A stretch of DNA of 63,994 nt, counting the filler, from Dimargaris cristalligena (taxonomy: Eukaryota): the NCBI GenBank assembly GCA_003614675.1. It is 10 parts of 10 records of this genome, joined end to end, with 100 filler letters (N's around TTAATTAATTAA, not from the genome) between each part and the next. Parts side by side here need not be neighbours in the genome. Positions count along the whole stretch, not along the records: positions 57,872 to 63,994 come from ML003552.1; 9 more parts are not named here. One strand, given 5' to 3'. Below are positions 57,872 to 63,994 of the stretch, in pieces. Below the pieces are notes generated by a model. That model had not been told where the DNA came from and made no database searches. It saw only the letters and a program-made list of their open reading frames with translations. How positions within the stretch are numbered: the stretch's first letter is position 1; each line of letters begins with the position of its first letter. A program made the position numbers and the translations under genes.

Positions 57872-59241
57872 CATTCACTATCAACTTTGAATAAGGCTGC
57901 CGGTGAAGCACGTGGGTAAATGTTGCCCTCTTTACCCAAGTGGGACTTGCGGGCATGAAAGCTAGCGACCACTCAATTCCAGCCAATTTATCTCTCCCTG
58001 GCACTCGTTTTCCACTAACGAGAAAATCTTACAGCTCACTTGTACCAAAGCCGCCAGAATGGTAGACATCGATTTCATAATATACACGATACGTTCAGTG
58101 TAAAGTCCACTCTAACCTAACGACTGTACCTCTTTACAGATTATTCGCCTGCGGCCTTGCTATTGTGTCCACTTTATCTTTGCTTTTAATTACCTTTACG
58201 CACCCCAAGCAACTGCTCTTGGAAGCCCCTTCATTTACTAACTCTGTTTGCTGTTCCTTTCCGGTTCTCCGCCGGTTTACTATGTACCTTATTGAGCAAG
58301 TTTTTACGTTACAGCGTAGTGATTGCTTTTTACCCTTGTTGTTTTCACTATCCACCAGGGCAGGGGCCCGGTCAGACCGGCTGTTTACGACTCCTATAGA
58401 AGTTAACACCAGCCACTAGACATTGGCACACCGAAGTTGAAATAGTCACACCATTATTTTAAATACAGCAGCTAGAAAGAAAACGCGCTTGCCGAATGTG
58501 TGTGCTTTAAAGGCTCGTTCAATATAGTTGTCTCTTGTTTGACTCTCTTTCCAGTTAAGCAAACCTCCTTCACCCGTCTACCTTCAGCCCAGTCTATCTC
58601 ATTATCCACCTAGAGTTCAAGATAGGTAGAAGTGATGAACGGGGGGCTGCTTATACACCCTCCGTAGTGGTGGAATAGGGGCTGTAGACGAGAGAGGTTC
58701 TGCTATAGTCACCCAAGCTAGGCCAGCCCATGGTCCCCCCTCTTTGGGGCCCATGATATTTAGCGCGGGTCTGCTTTTTTCGGTGATTGACCAGTGGACC
58801 GCACGCCATTATATTTTCCTTTATATTAGGTCTGCCCTTAAGCACAGCGGAACACTATTAATAGGCCTCGCTTGCAGGGCTAAGCCTTACTAAGGTGTCC
58901 AGCTTCCCAAGTCGGCCTGGGTTTAGGGGACCGTTCCTACCACTTGATTATTTCGGTTCCCATTGCTGCCCAACTGCCCAGCTTAATTGGGCATTGCCCA
59001 GCTGTAATTTTCTGTCCCATTGGGCAGCCTTCTCCTAGAGTACTGTATCGGGCACATTCTCCCTCTCCCACTGTAATCTGCCTGGCTATACTCTTGAATA
59101 CATAAAAAACGGCCGTATCGCCCCCTAACCATAAGTACAAGTGTTTTATTACTCCACCATTCCTCCAATTATCAGTCAATACAAGCCTCTATACCTATAC
59201 TCCCATTTCACTCTCTCCAATCCTTTATACCGAAAATCACC

Positions 59242-59448
59242 ATGAGATTCCTCGCCATCGTTCCCTTAGTCGCTGCTGCCCTACTTGCCGTTGGTCATGC
59301 TCGTCCCATTCCCACAAACTACTATCCCGGTGCCTCTACATATAGGGAATCCTCATCCGGATACTCCAGTAATTACCCTATCCCCCTATATCAGCAGGGT
59401 ATGCATCTCCAGCGCCGTCACTTGGATTTCTACAGAGACTCGCTTTAG
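59242..59448 (+). CDS. Small secreted precursor (68 aa, 'VGHARP' family) with an RR site before a 9-aa C-terminal peptide
   Basis: caccATG; MRFLAIVPLVAAALLAVGHA|RPIPTNYYPG...GMHLQRR|HLDFYRDSL. Confidence 0.75.
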   Translation: MRFLAIVPLVAAALLAVGHARPIPTNYYPGASTYRESSSGYSSNYPIPLYQQGMHLQRRHLDFYRDSL

Positions 59449-59649
59449 ACATGTCTGCAACGCCCACCTCCATTAAATTGTAGTCCTGAGTGAGACAACG
59501 GGATAACGGGCTCCAATTTCGACCGTGCAATCATGCTTTCCGCGAAAGTGCGTTGTGCTTTTATTATTTACTTGTATTATCAACATCCCGGTGATTTGGT
59601 AACTTACCACTTCAGGCCACCATTCAACTGTATTATTTATCTTTCCGCT

Positions 59650-59672
59650 TTATATATATATATATATATATA
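59650..59672. repeat. (TA)n microsatellite
   Basis: Direct reading. Confidence 0.8.
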
Positions 59673-62241
59673 TGTATATGTATATTGCCTCTTTGCACCG
59701 TATCAATGTACTTATATTTCCCCCCTATATGTAGTCGCTTATTAAACACAAGTATTGTATGCTGACTCTAGAGAAACACACACCCATAGAAATATCAACA
59801 ATGGTTACTATAGAGCTGAACTGGAAACTATAGGTATGTCGTGTGGTAGATGGGAGAACAGCACAGTATAATTTGGTATAGCACATCGTCAATATAATAA
59901 GGTTTAGTTTTATTTTCTAGCCAGAGATATGTAATATAGGTTATATATTTGATAGTTATTATATGTTTGTGCGTACGGCAATGCCGAGGGTGCAGCTAGA
60001 AAGTATATTGAGGATAAATATAATCGTATGGCTTCTCACTGCATACATACGTCTTCTACCCACCTCATGATTACGGACTCACCTAACGTCAGTCGAGCAA
60101 GAGGATTTAATGTTATTTCATCGAGGCGCCAACTCACCTATCACTAAACTAGCGCCTCGCTCATCCTGCGGTGCCTCTCAATTTTTATATTATTCCCAAC
60201 CACGATCTCTGATTAGTCAGAGCAAGTTTACAAGTTATTGTCGCAAAGAGTTTGCCCTTTTTATTGCGGCTCTTCAATTATTCTAATATATTCGAACAGG
60301 CCCCTTTTACCTCTCACAGTATTGTTACAAGACATAGTGTGGCTCAACAAGACCCATTGAGGGATATCTATCACTGCTGTTCTGGAAACCCATTCTCACT
60401 GGAAGGAGCGGGCATGCTGGAAGTGGTAGCAGAAGATAGAACCTGTTTTCTACCCACTGTAGGTTGCTATAGTCAGTATCTACATTTCTACATCTCCGCG
60501 ACGAATCGATGATGTATTTCAGCCAATTGGACACACTGATGTCCAAATGAGCAGGCAGATATCAGTTGTCAATGCATTTATATATATTCACGCCACCAAA
60601 TGGCCTGGGTAATATCTTCTATCCCTCTGACTTCAGTAGGCAATAATACAGCCACCTCTGGCTTCCCAGAAAGCCCCACCATAGCCAACAAATCCAGTCT
60701 AATGCACTGCCGAGTTGTTAATATTTAGCGACATTCCCCTACTTGATATGTGGACCTGCCCTGTCTGACACCATTGAGTATACCGGTTACGGGATGGGGG
60801 CTCATTGCTGATGTGGCAGACCTTGTCAGGTGAACCTGATGACAAATATGCATACCAGGTTTAGGATCCCATGTTGAAGATTGCAGGCAGCTAGTATCTT
60901 TAACATGCCAGTTGAGTAATAGTAGTTGACCTTTAGAGCTATCCACGCAATCGGCATTGATGAAGGACCTACGAATTTTAGCCGCCAGCGGTTTGTGTCT
61001 GGAAATATATGACCATAGTTGTTTACTAAATTCTTCCGCTGACTATACCTCCTATTATTTTCTTGGCCATTGAAATTCGCTGTCGTATCAATAGGCAAGA
61101 TGTGACATAATTACAAATACCCACATACCAATATTGACAAACCAGACTCAAAGACCCAATACTCTACCTATTTGTAAAATTATCCGAGGATAAAAGCTAT
61201 CACACCGGTATTAAATGGTCGATGATATTTATGCGGGACAATTGACGGACGGTATTTTTGCGACTAGGAGTGTAGGTTTCACGAGTCGAATAATCCACTA
61301 GCTAACTAGATTGTGGTTCTCACGTATCTACTATTTTACTCAAATTCAAAGCATTGGCGGCTACATGCGTTTAACCAGAGCGCAATTAGTGTAGACTGAA
61401 TAAATGTGCAAGTCAAAATCCCGAGCATGTTTGGCAAGGGAGGGGGAGCGAGTGGTTATTTGGTAGTAAAATAATCCTATATTTTACATAGAAATGTTAC
61501 AGCGGCTTACAAGTTAACTCGGCTATTGTCTGACACAGTTTAGTTGTTACATATTGCATTCCAATTGGTGAATGCCTCAATGAACAAACAAGCCGGCCAT
61601 CCCCCTTGCCCAATAGTGTAAGAGTCCCACTACCTTTCCCTCTAATGCCTCCCCGCTCTCTCTTATATTCCCTCCCTTTAATCGCCACATTAGCGAGAAA
61701 GGTGCATGGGTTAAAGAGACCCATACTCTTGGTACTATGGCGGTGATCCTAAAATGTACAATGGTATTGGCGATCCCGGATTAGAGTAAGGTGGACCAAT
61801 GGAGAGTTTACCATGCCTACTCGCTTTCAATTGATTTGGACAAGCTCAAGTATATAAAATAGTTTGGAGGACGAGATGAATGATTTATTATCGACAGATT
61901 GAAAAAAGGCCGTAGGGCTACGGATCAAAGGGGATTTAATCTGTTGGATATGAGGGGGAAAACGGAGAACCAGCTAGTTAGACCATCTGTCCCTAGTAAG
62001 CCCATATTACTCTGCTGCGACCTACACTTATCTTATAAATACCCTACCCCCCGCCCCCGTCCCCTTCTCCGACCAAAGCCATCCCCGCATTTCTCTCTCC
62101 CCCCCACTTCATTCCACCCTTCACTGTAGCTTTGCAGTCTTTCGATCATCTACTATACCCTACCGAACCGTGGTACTGGTTTATTACTCGTTCTTCCAGC
62201 AGCCGTCATACGCAGCCCTCTCCCCGCTCGATCACCCCACC

Positions 62242-62760
62242 ATGAAACTTATTTCCTCTCTTACCCTTGTCATGGCCACTATCGGTTCTGTAGCCATGGC
62301 CCACGCCAACTCTGCCATTGCCGAGGGCAATATCAACAATAAACCACTTCTGAAGAAACGCGGCGAGCAACCCGCCAAGTGCAGTGTCGACGACAACCCG
62401 CTTTTAAAGAAATGTGAAGTACGCACCGCTTTGAGCAATGTCCACTCTAACCCTACCCTCCCCACAGATAGTGTTGATGACAAAACGTCTTTGAAGAAAC
62501 GAGAAGTGCGAGCTGCTAAGGGCAATGCCAACGATAACCAACATCTGAAGAGGCGCGAGGATCAAGCTGTCGAGGGTAATGTCGGCGACAAACCATTTCT
62601 AATGAAGCGTCAGGCGCAACCCATCAAGGCAAGTATCGAAGACCCATCGCCTAAGAAGGATAGTAAGTGGAGCGACCGTATAGTCAAGGGCGCTGGTGCT
62701 TTAGTCGGTGCCCTCGGTGGCTCATTGTTGGCCCCCGGCTTTGGGTCCGTTGCTGGTTGA
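62242..62760 (+). CDS. Secreted Kex2-processed repeat protein (KEP-like) ending in a glycine-zipper peptide; the frame continues past TGA 62758 to TAA 62829
   Basis: caccATG at 62242; TATAAATA near 62034; signal peptide; about 18-aa repeats ending LKKR/LKKC/LKKR/LKRR/LMKR; tail GAGALVGALGGSLLAPGFGSVAG*IAGCYG. Confidence 0.82.
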   Translation: MKLISSLTLVMATIGSVAMAHANSAIAEGNINNKPLLKKRGEQPAKCSVDDNPLLKKCEVRTALSNVHSNPTLPTDSVDDKTSLKKREVRAAKGNANDNQHLKRREDQAVEGNVGDKPFLMKRQAQPIKASIEDPSPKKDSKWSDRIVKGAGALVGALGGSLLAPGFGSVAG

Positions 62761-63134
62761 ATTGCTGGCTGCTATGGCACCAAACATTATATAGATAAAA
62801 ACCGACTGGAAGCGGAGGCCGCAAATTAAAAAATCTGCTGCCCGGTGACTTCGCTTTGCTAGGCCAACCGTCCCCAATATATATATCAGGTTATTTCCTC
62901 TTTAGTTTTCCATCACCAGCAGTGCCCTTGTTCCTTTGCGATTTCCTTTGTATATTTTCAGTTCGGTTTGTTTCTTTATGTACATGCGTTTATATATAAA
63001 TATGTTGCAATAACCACAGGCTTTCTCGAAGTATGGTATGCCGAGATAGATAAATCAAATTCACTAGTTTGAATATCAAGGAAGAATGAACTGCAATGGG
63101 ATGATTAAGATCTCTGCGGGGAGTATTTATTCGA

Positions 63135-63276
63135 TATGGGAGAAGTTCATCCAGGCTGTTTAACAAAAAATCCGTTAGATGGGGCCGATATTACTGGCTA
63201 AAATGTTTTCTCCTACATATTCTCACATACACGTATTATGTAAAACTTTATACAGCTGGGTTGAATTTCACCCATA
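63135..63276 (+). mobile_element. MITE family A, copy 5 (best-preserved TIRs)
   Basis: TATGGGAGAAGTTCATCCAGGCTGT...ACAGCTGGGTTGAATTTCACCCATA; imperfect TIRs of about 27 bp, TA at both ends, no ORF. Confidence 0.82.
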
Positions 63277-63994
63277 TAGTAACATGGAGACTTGAATAAC
63301 TATTAACCCACACTCCTATTCAAAATGTAGTATATTTCTTTTTTTTTCTTGGCCTTAATTTAGTGGCACAGCAAAACTGACATTACCACCGGCCAAACCA
63401 GAGTAGTTAATTTGGAGGTAGGGGATTTGCTAAAGTACCAGACAGCCAAGTGTCACAAACCCCAGAGGGTGACCACGCGAACCATTATTATGTCCCACTT
63501 CAACTGACCATTATTCCGAAGTACTCAATACTAATAAGTTCAGTGCATTTTAGAAAGAGAGAGTAGGTATTGTAATAGCCTGCGCATATTTTAAATTCTT
63601 TAATTATTTACTTCGCCAGAACAACCCACCAGGGGGATCGACTATCCACCAACCTACTATGCTAGCCAGGGTATTTCTGACAAAAAATATTCCCTAACTC
63701 CACTTCCATTCGCTTAAGGCATATGCATTTGTATTTGTATTATATTTAACCACATAGTGCCTCACCCACCCTGACTATCACCCGACTAATTCTGTAGAGT
63801 TCTATTCATGCTGCCAAAGAACTAACTTGTAAGTCAAGGCCCACATTAGCCTAACCTGGTAACGTAGCCCCGAACTACGATGGGCTTCTAGATCTATATA
63901 AAACATATGGACTGTCAATGAAGCCAAGACAATATTAAGGAACACATTTCGTGCGACTTAGAAACTTGCTCTAGTGAGAAATTAGCCGCCGGTC

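Noticed and set aside
57872-58409. Possible hAT/BED-finger transposase remnant on the minus strand (LRCNVKTCS, FSLVENE)
   Set aside because: Too fragmentary and frameshifted to support by eye.
62758-62760. Selenocysteine codon in the KEP-like gene
   Set aside because: Context is a hydrophobic glycine zipper, not a redox motif; no SECIS recognised; a nonsense mutation or base error is simpler.
34837-62829. S8 protease, GH47 and secreted peptide genes as one processing cluster
   Set aside because: They lie on different concatenated contigs, and the S8 enzyme is a PA-domain subtilase, not kexin.

Overview
This window is not one locus. It is ten unrelated contigs of about 6.3 kb each, sorted by decreasing length and joined by artificial 100-nt linkers (N44-TTAATTAATTAA-N44). 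The source is a eukaryotic genome with GT-AG introns; gene content suggests an early-diverging fungus, possibly Zoopagomycota (inference). Recognisable genes: a PA-TM-RING-H2 E3 ligase, RACK1/Asc1, a mitochondrial PPR protein, a secreted PA-domain S8 subtilase, ATP23, a secreted GH47 alpha-1,2-mannosidase with a 9-nt micro-exon, the start of GFA1, and a five-exon CDC73. Most notable: (1) an intact single-ORF Ty3/Gypsy gag-pol with a dUTPase between RNase H and integrase, the position it has in non-primate lentiviruses; (2) four small secreted precursors with dibasic Kex2-type sites, including a Trp-rich disulfide-loop 29-mer, a repeat precursor ending in a glycine-zipper peptide, and a 'VGHARP' pair releasing short C-terminal peptides; (3) a highly structured 5'-UTR intron in RACK1; (4) two paralogous two-exon small genes of unknown family; (5) a 142-bp MITE (5 copies) and a solo-LTR-like family (3 copies), with strong CpG loss in old repeats. 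All family assignments come from motif recognition by eye; no database searches were run.
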